From Squalus acanthias (taxonomy: Eukaryota), in the NCBI GenBank assembly GCA_030390025.1, contig CM059452.1:9114001-9178000 (forward strand): a stretch of 64,000 nt of DNA, given 5' to 3'. This document shows, piece by piece, positions 38,267 to 50,910 of the stretch. A model generated the notes under the pieces. That model saw only the letters and a program-made list of their open reading frames with translations, searched no databases and was not told the DNA's origin. Every line of letters starts with the position of its first letter. Positions within the stretch are counted from its first letter, which is position 1. Both the position numbers and the translations under genes were made by a program.

Positions 38267-40413
38267 ATAAGAACATAAGAACATAAGAAATAGGAGCAGG
38301 AGTAGGCCAATCGGCCCCTCGAGCCTGCTCCGCCATTCAATAAGATCATGGCTGATCTGATCCAAACCGCCAATCTACTATCTACTATCACAGAACCATC
38401 TCCTGCATCTAACAGAATTGCACACACGAAATAGGAGCAGAATCAGGCTACACGGTCCCTGGGCCCGCTCCACTACCCACAGGGCCATGACCGATCCGAA
38501 CCTAGACTCATGTCCAAATTCCTGCCCGCTCCCCGTAACCCTTAATGCCCTTTACTTCTAGGAAACTGTCTATTTCTGTTTTAAATTTATTTAATGATGT
38601 AGCTTCTACAGCTTTTTGTGGCAGCATATTCCATGGACCTACCACCCTCTGAGTGAAGTAGTTCCTCCTCATCTCAGTTTTGAAAGAGCAGCCCCTTATT
38701 CTAAGACTATGTCCCCTAGTTCTAGTCTCACCCGTCATCGGGAACATCCTCCCCGCATCCACCCGATCCAACCCCTTCACAATCTTATATGTTTCAATAA
38801 GATCGCCTCTCATTCTTCTGAACTCCAATGAGTAGAGTCCCAATCTACCCAACCTCTCCTCATATGACCACCCCCTCATCCCCGGGATTAACCGAGTGAA
38901 CCTTTTTTGCACTGCCTCGAGAGCAAGGATGTCTTTCCTTAAGTAAGGACACCAAAACTGTATGCAGTATTCCAGGTGCGGTCTCACCAATACCTTGTAC
39001 AACTGAAGCAATACCTCCCTATTTTTATATTCTATCCCCCTAGCAATGAAAGCCAACATTCCATTTGCCTTCTTAATCACTTGCTGCACCTGCATACTAA
39101 CCTTTTGAGTTTCGTGCACCAGGACCCCCAGATCCCTTTGCACTTCAGTACTCTCCAGTTTCTTGCCATTAAGATAATAAATTGCTCTAGGATTTTTCCT
39201 GCCAAAGTGCATCACCTCACACTTTCCAGTGTTGTATTCCATCTGCCAAATCTCTGCCCACTTACTTAGCCTGTCTATGTCCCCTTGCAGGTTTTTTATG
39301 TCCTCCTCACTCACTACTTTCCCTCCCATCTTAGTATCATCTGCAAATTTTGATATGTTACACTTGGTCCCTTCCTCCAAATCGTTAATATAGATTGTAA
39401 AGAGTTGGGGACCCAGCACTGACCCCTGTGGAACACCACTAGTTACTGATTGCCAGTCTGAGAATGAACCATTTATCCCAACTCTTTGCTTTCTGTTAGA
39501 TAGCCAATCCTCTATCCATGCCAGAATATTACCCCCAATCCCGTGATTTTTTACCTTAAGCAATAATCTTTTGTGTGGCACCTTGTCAAATGCCTTTTGG
39601 AAGTCTAAATACACTACGCCCACTGGTTCCCCTTTATCCACTCTATATGTTACTTCCTCAAAGAACTCCAGCAAATTTGTCAAACATGACTTCCCCTTCG
39701 TAAAACCATGCTGACTTTGTCCTATTAAATTATGATTATCCAAATGTCCTGTTACTGTTTCCTTAATAATGGACTCCAAAATTTTACCTACCACAGATGT
39801 TAGGCTAACCGGTCTATAGTTACCAGCCTTCTGTCTACTGCCCTTTTTAAATAAGGGTGTTACATTAGCAGTTTTCCAGTCTGCCGGGACCTTAGCGGAA
39901 TCCAGGGAGTTTTTAAAAATTATTACCAATGCATCTACAATCCCTACCGCCACTTCCTTCAAGACTCTAGGATGTAAGCCATCAGGTCCAGGTGATTTAT
40001 CCGCCTTGAGTCCCATTATTTTACCGAGTACCACTTCCTTAGTGATTTTGATCGTGTTTAGCTCCTCTCCCCCTATAGACCCTGTTTGTCCAGTGTTGGG
40101 ATATTCTTAGTGTCCTCTACTGTAAAGACTGATACAAAATATTCATTCAGTGTTTTTGCCATCTCCATATTTCCCACCATTAATTTCCCGGTCTCATCCT
40201 CTAAGGGACCAACATTTACTTTAGCCACCCTTTTTCTTTTTATATAACTATAAAAACTCTTACTATCTGTTTTTATATTTTTTGCTAATTTACTTTCATA
40301 ATCTATCTTCCCTTTCTTAATCAATCTTTTTGTTATTTTTTGCTGCCTTTTAAAGTTTTCCCAATCCTCTGTCCTCCCACTAGATTTCGCTACCTTATAT
40401 GCCCTTGTTTTTA
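38267..40413 (-). mobile_element. Young 5'-truncated CR1 LINE inserted in the satellite; uninterrupted 508-aa RT and C-terminal ORF
   Basis: ORF 38508-40034 has all RT motifs; frameshift near 40075; (TTCTTATG)n tail at 38267-38290; the flanks rejoin into one satellite unit. Confidence 0.93.
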
Positions 40414-40608
40414 GTCAAAGTAAATCTCCCTCTACACTGTCCCATCAAACACTCCCAGGACAGGGACGGCACGCGTTAGCTACAGAGTAAAGCTCTATCT
40501 GCACTGTCCCAAATCATACATGCTGCGGAGATGCCGGTGTTGGACTGGGGTGGACAAAATTGAGAGGTCGCACAACACCAGGTTATAGTCCAACAGTTTT
40601 ATTTGAAA

Positions 40609-40650
40609 TCACAAGCTTTCGGAGCTATCGATTGCTCCTTCCTCAGGTGA
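40609..40650 (-). ncRNA. Putative minimal hammerhead ribozyme (inverted copy)
   Basis: Reverse complement of 41132-41173. Confidence 0.6.
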
Positions 40651-41131
40651 AGTAAATTAGATACAGAATCGCCAAAGCATATATAGATAGAGAACAAAGC
40701 ATGTGTACCTTACAATTGCAGACCACTAAATTAAATCATCCTGACTATCTGCCGAGGTGTGATAAAGTTAATCAAGTCAGCCAGGAAGGTACCACATCAA
40801 AGACATAGCAAGATACAACTGAGACAATGAGGTGTAGTCGCAGGGGTTCTAACGTGTCAAAAGCTGCCGTCTGTATGTAAAACGAAAAGCTATAAAATTT
40901 TTACTTTTTTACTGGGAAAATTTTTACTTTTTTACTGGGAATCACATCTGTGAACAAGCCAACGACGACTCGAGTCCGGATCACGTCATGTATCTTCCTG
41001 GCTGACTTGATTAACTTTATCACACCTCGGCAGATAGTCAGGATGATTTAATTTAGTGGTCTGCAATTGTAAGGTACACATGCTTTGTTCTCTATCCATA
41101 TATGCTTTGGCGATTCTGTATCTAATTTACT

Positions 41132-41173
41132 TCACCTGAGGAAGGAGCAATCGATAGCTCCGAAAGCTTGTGA
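41132..41173 (+). ncRNA. Putative minimal type-I hammerhead ribozyme
   Basis: TCAC-CTGAGGA-A-GGAGC-AATCGATA-GCTCC-GAAA-GCTT-GTGA: CUGANGA and GAAA boxes, 5-bp stem II, 4-bp stem I, palindromic AAGCTT at stem III. Confidence 0.62.
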
Positions 41174-41230
41174 TTTCAAATAAAACTGTTGGACTACAAC
41201 CTGGTGTTGTGCGACCTCTCAATTTTGTCC

Positions 41231-44200
41231 AAATCATACAACCAGGGCAGGGGTAGCATGGGTGAGATAAAGTGTAAATTTCCCTCGACACTGCCCCATC
41301 AAACACTCCCAGGGCAGGTACAGCAGCTGTTAGATACAGAGTAAAGCTCCCTCTACACTGTCACATCAAACACTCGCAGGGCAGGTACAGAACGGCTTAG
41401 ATACAGAGTAAAGCTCCCTCTACACTGTCCCATCAAACACTCGCAGGGCAGGTACAGTGCAGGTTAGATACAGATTAAAGCTCCCTCTACACTAACCCTT
41501 CAAACAGTACCAGGCCAGGTAAAGCACGGTTTAGATATAGAGTGAAGCTCCATTTTCACTGTCCCATCAAACACTCCCAGGGCAAGCACAGCACCGGGTA
41601 GATTCAAAGTAAATCTCCCTCTACACTGTCCCATCAAACACTCCCAGGGCATGGACAGCACGGGTTAGCTACAGAGTAAAGCTCTATCTACACTGTCCCA
41701 AATCATACACCCAGGGCAGGGGCAGCATGGGTGAGATACAGTGTAAATTTCCCTCTACACTGCCCCATCAAACACTCCCAGGGCAAGTACAGTGCAGGTA
41801 AGATACAGATTAAATCTCCCTCTACACTGTCCAATCAAACACTCCCAGGCCAGGTAAAGCACGTTTAGATACAGAGTAAAGCTCCCTCTACACTGTCCCG
41901 TCAAACATTTCCAGGGCAGGTACAGCACGGGTTAGATCCAAAGTAAAGCTCATTCTCCACTGTCCCAAATCACACACACAGGGCAGGGACAGCATGCGTT
42001 AGATAGAGTGTAAATCTCCCTCAACACTGTCTCAGCAAAGTCTCACAGTGCAGGTACAGCAACGGTTAGCTACAGAGTAAAGCTCATTCTACACTGTCCC
42101 AAATCACACACACAGGGCAGGGACAGCATGGGTTAGATACAGTTTAAATGTCCCTCTACAGTGTCAAATCAAACACACCCAGGACAGGTACAGCACGGGT
42201 TAGATACAGATTAAATCTCCCTCTACACTGTCCCATCAAACACTCCGAGGCCAGGTACAGCACGGTTTAGATACAGAGTAAAGCTCCCTCTACACTGTCC
42301 CATCAAACACTCCCAGGCAGGTACAGCACGGGTTAGATACAGAGTAAAGCTCCCTCTACACTGTCCCATCAAACACTCCCAGGCCAGGTACAGCACGGTT
42401 TAGATACAGAGTAAAGCTCCCTCTACACTGTCCCATCAAACACTCCCAGGGCAGGTACTGCACGGTTTAGATACAGAGGAAAGCTCACTCTACACTGTCC
42501 CATCAAACACTCCCAGGGCAGGTACAGTGCGGGTTCGATACAGATTATAGCTCCATCTACACTGTCCCATCAAACAATCCCAGGCCAGGTACTGCACGGT
42601 TTAGATACAAAGGAAAGGTCCCTCTAAACTGAACCATCAAAAACTCCCAGGGCAAGTAAAACACGGGTTAGATATAAAGTGGGGCTCCCTCTACACTGTC
42701 CCATCAAACACTCCCAGGGCAGGTACAGCACCGGTTAGCTACAGAGTAAAGCTCCTTCGACACTGTCCAAAATCACACACCCAGGACAGGTACAGCACGG
42801 GTGAGATACAGTTTAAATCTCCCTCTACACTGTCCCTAAAACACTCCCAGGCCAGGTATAGCATGGTTTAAATACCGAGTAACGCTCCCTCTACGCTGTC
42901 ACATCAAACACTCCAAGGGCAGGGACAGCACGGGTTAGCTACAGAGTAATGTTCCCTCGACACTGTCCCATCAAACACTCCCAGAGCAGGTACAGCATTG
43001 GTTAGATACAGAGTAAAGCTCCCTCGACACTGTCCCATCAAACACTCCCAGAGCAGGTACAGCACGGGTTGAATACAGAGTAAAGCTCCTTCTACACTTT
43101 CCCTTCAAACACTCCCAGGGCAGGTACAACACGGGTTAGATACAGAGTAAAGCTCCCTCTACACTGTCCCATCAAACACACCCAGGGCTGGTACAGCACG
43201 GGTTTAATATAGAATAAAGCTCCCTCTACACTGTCCCATCAAACACTCCCAGGCCACGTATTGCACGGTTTAGATACAGAGTAACGCTCCCTCAACACTG
43301 TCCCATCAAACAATCAGAGGGCAGTTTAGTCAAGGTTAGATGCAGAGTAAAGCTCCCTCTACAACTTCCCATAAAACACTCCCAGGGCAGGTACAGCACG
43401 GGTTAAATACAAAGTAAAGCTCCCTCTAAACTGCCCCATCAAACACTCCCAGGCAAGGTACTGCACGGTTTAGATACAGAGGAAAGGTCCCGCTAAACTG
43501 TCCCATCAAACACTCCCAGGGCAAGTACAACACGGGATAGATACAGAGTAAAGCTCCCTCTACACTGTCCCAACAAACACTCCCAGGGCAGGTACAGCAC
43601 GGGTTAGATACAGAGTAAAGCTAATTCTACACTGTCCCAAATCACACACACAGGGCAGGGACAGCATGCGTTAGATAGAGTGTAAATCTCCCTCTGCACT
43701 CTCAGCAAAGTCTCCCAGTGCAGGTACAGCAACGGTTAGCTACAGAGTAAAGCTCATTCTCCACTGTACCAAATCACACACACAGGGCAGGGACAGCATG
43801 GGTTAGATACAGTTTAAATCTCCCTCTACACTGTCAAATCAAACACACCCAGGACAGGTATAGCACGGGTTAGATACAGCTTAAATCTCCCTCTGCACTG
43901 TCCCATGAAAGACTCCCAGGCCAGGTACAGCACGGTTTAGATACAGAGTAAATCTCCCTCTACACAGTCCCATCAAAAACTCCCAGGGCAGGTACAGCAC
44001 GGGTTAGATACAGAGTAAATCTCCCTCTACACTATCCCATCAAACACTCCCAGGCCACGTACAGCACGGTTTAGATACAGTGTAAATCTCCCTCTAAACT
44101 GCCCCATCAAACACACCCAGGCAGGTGCAGCACGGGTTAGATACAGAGTAAAGCTCCCTCTACACTGTCCCATCAAACACTGCCAGGGCAGTTACAGCAC

Positions 44201-46966
44201 GGGTTAGATACAGAGTAAAGCTCCCTCTACACTGTCCCATCAAACACTCCCAGGCAGGTACAGCACGGGTTAGATACAGAGTAAAGCTCCCTCTACACTG
44301 TCCCATCAAACACTGCCAGGGCAGTTACAGCACGGGTTCGATACAGAGTCAAGCTCCCTCTACACTGTCCCATCAAACACTCCCAAGCCAGGTACAGCAC
44401 GGTTTAGATACAGTGTAAATCTCCATCTAAACTGCCACATCAAACACTCCCAGGCCAGGTACAGCACGGTTTAGATACAGAATAAAGCTCCCTCTACACT
44501 GTCCCATCAAACAATCCCAGGCCAGGTACAGCACGGTTTAGATACAGAGTAAATCTCCCTCTACACAGTCCCATCAAAAACTCCCAGGGCAGGTACAGCA
44601 CGGGTTAGATACAGAGTAAAGCTCCCTCTACACTGTCCCATCAAACACTCTCAGGCCACGTACAGCACGGTTTAGATACAGTGTAAATCTCCCTCTAAAC
44701 TGCCCCATCAAACACTGCCAGGGCAGTTACAGCACGGGTTAGATACAGAGTAAAGCTCCCTCTACACTGTCCCATCAAACACTCCCAGGGCAGGTACAGC
44801 ACTGGTTAGATACAGAGTAAAGCTCCCGCTACACTGTCCCATCAAACACTGCCAGGGCAGGTACAGCACGGGTTAGATACAGAGTAAAGCTCCCTCTACA
44901 CTGTCCCATCAAACACTCCCAAGCCAGGTACAGCACGGTTTAGATACAGTGTAAATCTCCATCTAAACTGCCCCATCAAACACTCCCAGGCCAGGTACAG
45001 CACGGTTTAGATACAGAATAAAGCTCCCTCTACACTGTCCCATCAAACAATCCCAGGGCAGGTACAGCACGGGTTAGATACAGAGTAAAGCTCCCTCTAC
45101 ACAGTCCCATCAAACATTCCCAGTTCAGGTACAGCACGGGTTAGATACAGAGTAAAGCTCCCTCTACACTGTCCCATCAAACACTCCCAGGGCAGGTACA
45201 GCACGGGTTAGATACAGAGTAAAGCTCCCTCTACACTGTCCCATCAAACACTCCCAGGGCAGGTACAGCACGGGTTAGATACAGAGTAAAGCTTCCTCTG
45301 CACTGTCCCATCAAACACTCCCAGGGCAGGTACAGCACGGGTTAGATACAGAGTAAAGCTCCCTCTACACTGTTTAAACAAACAATCCCAGGTCAGGTAC
45401 TGCAAGGGTTAGATACAGAGTAAAGCTCCCTCTACACTGTCTCATCAATCACTCCAACGGCAGCTACAGCACGGGTTAGATGCAGAGTAAAGCTCACTCT
45501 ACACTGTCCCATCAAACACTCCCAGGCCAGGTACAGCACGGGTTAGATACAGATTAAAGCTCCCTCTGCACTGTCCCATCAAACACCCCAAGGGCAGGTA
45601 CAGCACAGGTTAAATATAAAGCAAAGCTCCCTCTACACTGTCCCATCAAACACTACCAGGCCAGATACAGCACGGTTTAGATACAGAGTAAAGCTCCCTC
45701 CACACAGTCCCACAAAACACTCCCAGGCCAGGTACAGCACGGGTGAAATACAGAGTAAAGCTCCCTCTACACTGCCCATCAAACACTCCCAAGGCAGGTA
45801 AATCACAGGTTAGATACAGAGTAAAGTTCCGTCTACACTGTCCCAACAAACACTCCCAGGACAGGCACGGCACAGATTAGATACAGAGTAAAGATCGCTC
45901 GACATTTTCCTATCAAACACTCCCAGGGCAGGTACAGCACGGGTTAGATACAGAGTAAAGCTCCCTCTGCACTGTCCCATCAACCACTCGCAGGCCAGGT
46001 TGAGCACGTTTCAGATACAGTGTAAAGCTCCCTCTAAACTGTCCCATCAAAAACTCCCAGGCAGGTACAGCACGGGTTAGATACAAAGTAAAGCTCCCTC
46101 TACTCTGTCCCATCAAACACTCCCAGGGCAGATACATCACGGGTTAGATACAGAGTAAAGCTTCCTCCATACTGTCCAATCAAGCAAACCCAGGATAGGT
46201 ATAGCACGGGTTAGATGCAGATTAAAGCTCCCTCTACACTGTCCCAAATCACACACCCAGTGGAGGGACAGCATGGGTTAGATACAATGTAAATCTCCCT
46301 CTACACTGCCCCATCAAACACTCCCAGGGCAGCTACAGTACAGGTTAGCTACAGATTAAAGCTCCCTATACAATGTCCCAGCAAAGTTACCCAGTGCAGG
46401 TACAGCATGGTTTAGATTCAGTGTAAATCTCCCTCTAAACTGTCCCATCAAACACTCCCAGGGCAGGTACAGCACGGGTTAGATAAAAAGTAAAGCTCCC
46501 TCTAAAATGTCCCATCAAACACTCGCAGGCCAGGTCGAGCACGGTTTAGATACAGTGTAAAGCTCCCTCTACACTGTCCCATCAAACACTCCCAGGGCAG
46601 GTACAGCACGGGTTAGATACAGAGTAAATCTCCCTCTGCACTGTCCCATCAAACACTCCCAGGGCAGGTACAGCACGGGTTAGATACAGAGTAAATCTCC
46701 CTCTGCACTGTCCCATCAAACACTCCCAGGGCAGGTACAGCATGTGTTCGATACAGAGTAAAGCTCCCTCTGCATTGTCCCATCGAACACTCCCAGGGCA
46801 GGAAGAGCACGGGTTTGATACAGAGTAAATCTCCCTCTACACTGTCCCATCAAACACTCCCAGGGCAGGTACAGCACGGGTTAGATACAGAGTAAAGCTC
46901 CCTCTACACTGTCCCATCAAACACTCCCAGGGCAGGTACAGCACGGGTTAAATACAGAATAAAGCT
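41231..46966. repeat. 67-bp satellite array
   Basis: Direct periodicity. Confidence 0.95.
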
Positions 46967-48350
46967 CATAAAAACATAAGAACATAAGAAATAGGAGCAG
47001 GAATCGGTCACTTGGCCCCTCGAGCCTGCTCCGCCATTCAATAAGATCATGGCTGATCTAGGGCTCAAAGCCACTTCCCTGCCCGCTCCCCATAACCCTT
47101 CACTCCCTTATCTTGCAAATGTATTTAATGACCCAGCCTCCACAGCTCTCTGGGGCAGAGAATTCCACAGATTTACGACCCTCTGAGAGAAGAAGTTCCT
47201 CCTCATCTCAGTTCTAAAAGGGCGACCCTTTATTCTGAGACTGTGCCCCCGAGTTCTAGATTTCCCCATGAGGGGAAACATCCTCTCTGCATCTACCCTG
47301 TCGAGCCCCCTCAGTATCTTATATGTTTCGATAAGATCACCTCTCATTCTTCTAAATTCCAATGAGTATAGGCCCAGCCTGCTCAACCTTTCCTCATAAG
47401 TCAAACCCCTCATCTCTGGAATTAACCTAGTGAATCGTCTCTGAACTGCCTCCAATGCAAGTATATCCTTCCTTAAATAAGGAGACCAAAACTGTACGCA
47501 GTACTCAAGGTGTGGTCTCACCAATACCTTGCACAGTTGTAGCAGGACTTCGCTGCTTTTATACTCCAACCCCCTTGAAATACAGGCCAACCTTCCATTT
47601 ATCTTTTTGATTACTTGCTGTACCTGCATGCTAACTTTTGGTGTTTCCTGCACAAGGACCCCCAGGTCCCTCTGAACTGTAGCATTTTGTAATCTCTCTC
47701 CATTTAAATAATAGTTTGCTTTTTTATGTTTCCTGCCAAAGTGTATAACCCCGCACTTTCCCACATTATACTCCATCTGCCAAATGTTTGCCCACTCACC
47801 TAGCCTGTCTATATCCCTTTGCAGATTCTTTGAGTCCTCTGCACAACTTGCTTTCCCACCCATCTTTGTATCATCCGCTAACTTGGCTACATTACACTCG
47901 ATCCCTTCATCCAAGTCATTAATGTAGATTGTAAATAGTTGAGGCCCCAGCACCGATCCTTGTGGCACCCCACTAGTTACCGTTTGCCAACCAGAAAATG
48001 ACCCATTTATCCCGACTCTCTGCTTTCTGTTAGTTAGCCAATTCTCTATCCATGCTAATATATCACCCCCAACTCCATGAGCTCTTATCTTATGCAGTAA
48101 CCTTTTATGTGGCACCTTATCGAATGCCTTCTGGAAATCCAAATACACCACATCCACTGGCTCACCCTTGTCCACCCTGCTTGTTACATCCTCAAAGAAT
48201 TCCAGCAAATTTGTTAAACATGATTTCCCTTTCATAAAAACATGCTGACTCTGCTTGACTGCATTATGATTTTCCAAATGCCCTGCTACTGCTTCCTTAA
48301 TGAAGGACTCCAGCAGTTTCCCAACGACAGATGTTAGGCTAACTGGTCTA
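46967..48350 (-). mobile_element. 5'-truncated CR1 LINE (ORF 47108-48277, 389 aa)
   Basis: YLDFQKAFDKVPH, GVPQGSVLGP, LADDTK (F to L change), LEYCVQFWSP; TTCTTATG tail at about 46967-46990. Confidence 0.92.
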
Positions 48351-48587
48351 TGAACATTTACATGAACGATTTGGACTCGGGAATCAGAAGTATAATTTCA
48401 AAATTTGCAGATGCCACGAAATTGGGGGGTTATGTTAATACTGAGGAAGACTGCGATAGCATCCTTGTAGAATTATTCAGTTGTGTTCAGTAAATAGCAG
48501 CGCCATCTTTTAATTTGCTTTGACTGATCACATCACTATATAGTTATGTGAAAAACAAAAATCATTAACAGCTCCCAATTTCAGAAT

Positions 48588-49205
48588 TAGAAACATAGAA
48601 AAATAGGAGCAGGAGTAGGCCATTCGGCCCTTCGAGTTTGTCAAACACGATTTCCCTTTCATAAATCTGTGTTGACTTTGTCTAATCCCGTTGATATTTT
48701 CTAAGTGTCCTGTTATCAAAACCTTTATAATAGACTCTAGCATTTTCCCTACTACTGACGTTAGGCTAACCAGTCTGTAGTTCCCTGTTTTCTCTCTCCC
48801 TCCTTTTTTAAATAGTGGGGTTACATTTGCCACCCTCCAATCTGCAGGAACTGTTCCATAATCTATAGAATTTTGGAAGATGACAACCAATGCATCCACT
48901 ATTTCCATGGCTACCTCTTTTAGTACTCTGGGATGCAGATTATCAGGCCCTGGGGATTTATCAGCTTTCAGTCCCATTAATTTCTCCAGCACTATTTTTT
49001 TACTAATACTAATTTCCTTTAATTCCTCCTTCTCACTAGACCCTTGGTTCCCTAGCATTTCTGGGAAGTTATTTGTGTCCTTTTCCATGAAGACAGAACC
49101 AAAGTATTTGTTTAATTGCCCTGCCATTTCCTTGTTCCCCATTATAAATTCTCCCGTTTCTGACTGTAAGGGACCTACATTTGTCTTCACTAATCTTTTT
49201 CTTTT
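48588..49205 (-). mobile_element. Internally deleted CR1 LINE fragment
   Basis: KSPGPD...NYRLVSLTS...KSCLTN fused directly to the 3' UTR tail at about 48635. Confidence 0.8.
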
Positions 49206-49294
49206 TCTTGTCAGATTCAAACTCATCTCCTTTCAAGTACAATCTTAACACTTCAAAAATTGTAATGGATGTAGGCGAGATATTAGGACTAATA

Positions 49295-50585
49295 CAATTG
49301 CAAAATACTGCAGATGCTGGAAATCTGAAATAACAACAGAAAATGCTGGAATCAGGCAGCATCGAGGAGAGAGTTTCGAGTCGGTGACCCTTCGTCAGAA
49401 CTGGAAAAGGTTAGAAAAGAGAGATTTTTAAGCAGGGGGAGGGAGGGGGGGAGGGGAGGAAAGAACAAAGGGAAGGTCTGTGACAGGATGGAAGGCCGGA
49501 GAGATTGACTGACAAAAGGGATGATGGTGCGAGGCAAAAGGAGAGGCAGTGGGACAAGTTAAGAAACAAAAGATGACTCCAGATGAGGTGTGAATGATGA
49601 TGGCATCAACATTAACAGCTACCATGTGAGAAAACGAGAAAAACATTAAAAAAATATAAAGAAATACAGGAGCCAAGGTTATAGTCTGAAATTGTGGAAC
49701 TCTATGTTGAGTCCAGAAGGCTGTAAAGTGTCTAATAGAAAGATGAGGTTCTGTTCCTCGAGCTTATGTTGAGCTTCGTTGGAACAGTGTAAGAGGCCGA
49801 GGATGGAGAGATCAGAGTGGGAGTGGAGCGGAGAATTAAAGTGACAGGCGACCAGAAGCTCGGGGTCCCCATTACAGACTGAACGGAGGTGTTCCGCAAA
49901 GCGGTCACCCAATCTGCGTTTGATCTCCCCAATGTAGAGGAGACCGCATCGTGAGCAGCGAATACAGTATACTAAATTGTAAGAAGTACAAGTAAATCAC
50001 TGTTTCACCTGGAAGGAGTGTTTGGGGCCCTGGACGGTGGGAAGGGAGGAGGTAAAAGGGCAGGTGTTGCATCTCCTGCGCTTGCATGGGAAGGTGCCGT
50101 GCGAAGGAGAAGGGGTGTTGGGGGTGGTAGAGGAGTGGACTAGGGTGTCGCAGAGGGAGCGGTCCCTGCGGAATGCTGAAAGGGGATGGAGAGGAAGATG
50201 TGTTTGGTGGTGGGATCACGCTGGAGGTGGCGGAAATGGTGGAGGATGATCCGTTGAATGTAGAGGTAGGTGGGGTGAAAGGTGAGGACAAGGGGAACCC
50301 TATCGAGGTTCTGGGAGGGAGGGGAAGGGGTGAGAGCAGAAGTGCGGGAGATAGAACGGACACGATCGAGGGCCGAGTCGACCACAGTAGAGGGGAATCC
50401 TCGGTTGAGGAAAAAGAAAGACATGTCGGAAGCACTAGTATGGAAGGTGGCATCGTCAGAACAGATGCGGCAGAGACGGAGAAACTGGGAGAATGGAATA
50501 GAGTCCTTACAGGAAGCGGGGTGGGAGGAAGTGTAGTCCAGGTAGCTGTGGTAGTCAGTGGGCTTATAGTGGATGTTGGTCAATT
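49295..50585 (-). mobile_element. Penelope-like retroelement 3' portion (RT C-terminus, GIY-YIG endonuclease, pLTR)
   Basis: YKPTDYHSYLDYTSSHP...SIPFSQFLRLCRICS; DRFAEHLRSV...VACHFN...EEQNLIF...QPSGLN; pLTR-type sequence with CTGACGA...GAAAC at 49398-49373. Confidence 0.85.
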
Positions 50586-50910
50586 CCTCCCACTCCCTGG
50601 TTATTGACCTCTCTGCTAAGGGGAATAGGTCCTTCCTATCCACGCTATCTAGGCCCCTCATAATTTTATACACTTCAATTAAATCTCCCTTCAGCCTCCT
50701 CTGTTCCAAAGAAAACAACCCCAGCCTATCCAATCTTTCCTCATAGCTAAAATTCTCCAGTCCTGGCAACATCCTCGTGAATCTCCTCTGTACCCTCTCC
50801 AGTGCAATCACATCTTTCCTGTAATGTGGTGACCAGAACTGTACTCAGTATTCGAGCTGTGTCCTAACTAGTGTTTTATACAGTTTTAGTATAACCTCGC
50901 TGCTCTTTTG
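50586..50910 (-). mobile_element. CR1 ORF2 C-terminal fragment
   Basis: LYKTLVRTQLEY, ALERVQRRFTRMLPG, RRLKGDLIEVYKIMRG. Confidence 0.85.

Larger units (their letters stand above)
40521..41230. mobile_element. Non-coding Penelope-like element derivative with ~237-bp inverted arms (40552-40788 and 40994-41230)
   Basis: Arms are reverse complements with about 2 mismatches seen. Flanked by direct repeat AAATCATACA (40511-20 and 41231-40). Contains pLTR-type sequence with a hammerhead core. Confidence 0.8.

Noticed and set aside
27695-46966. Many short ORFs in the 67-bp satellite (GSFTLYLTRAVP-type) and CACTGTC as a possible cryptic RSS heptamer
   Set aside because: The ORFs are repeat artefacts. 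CACTGTC is not followed by a consensus nonamer at 12 or 23 bp in the unit.
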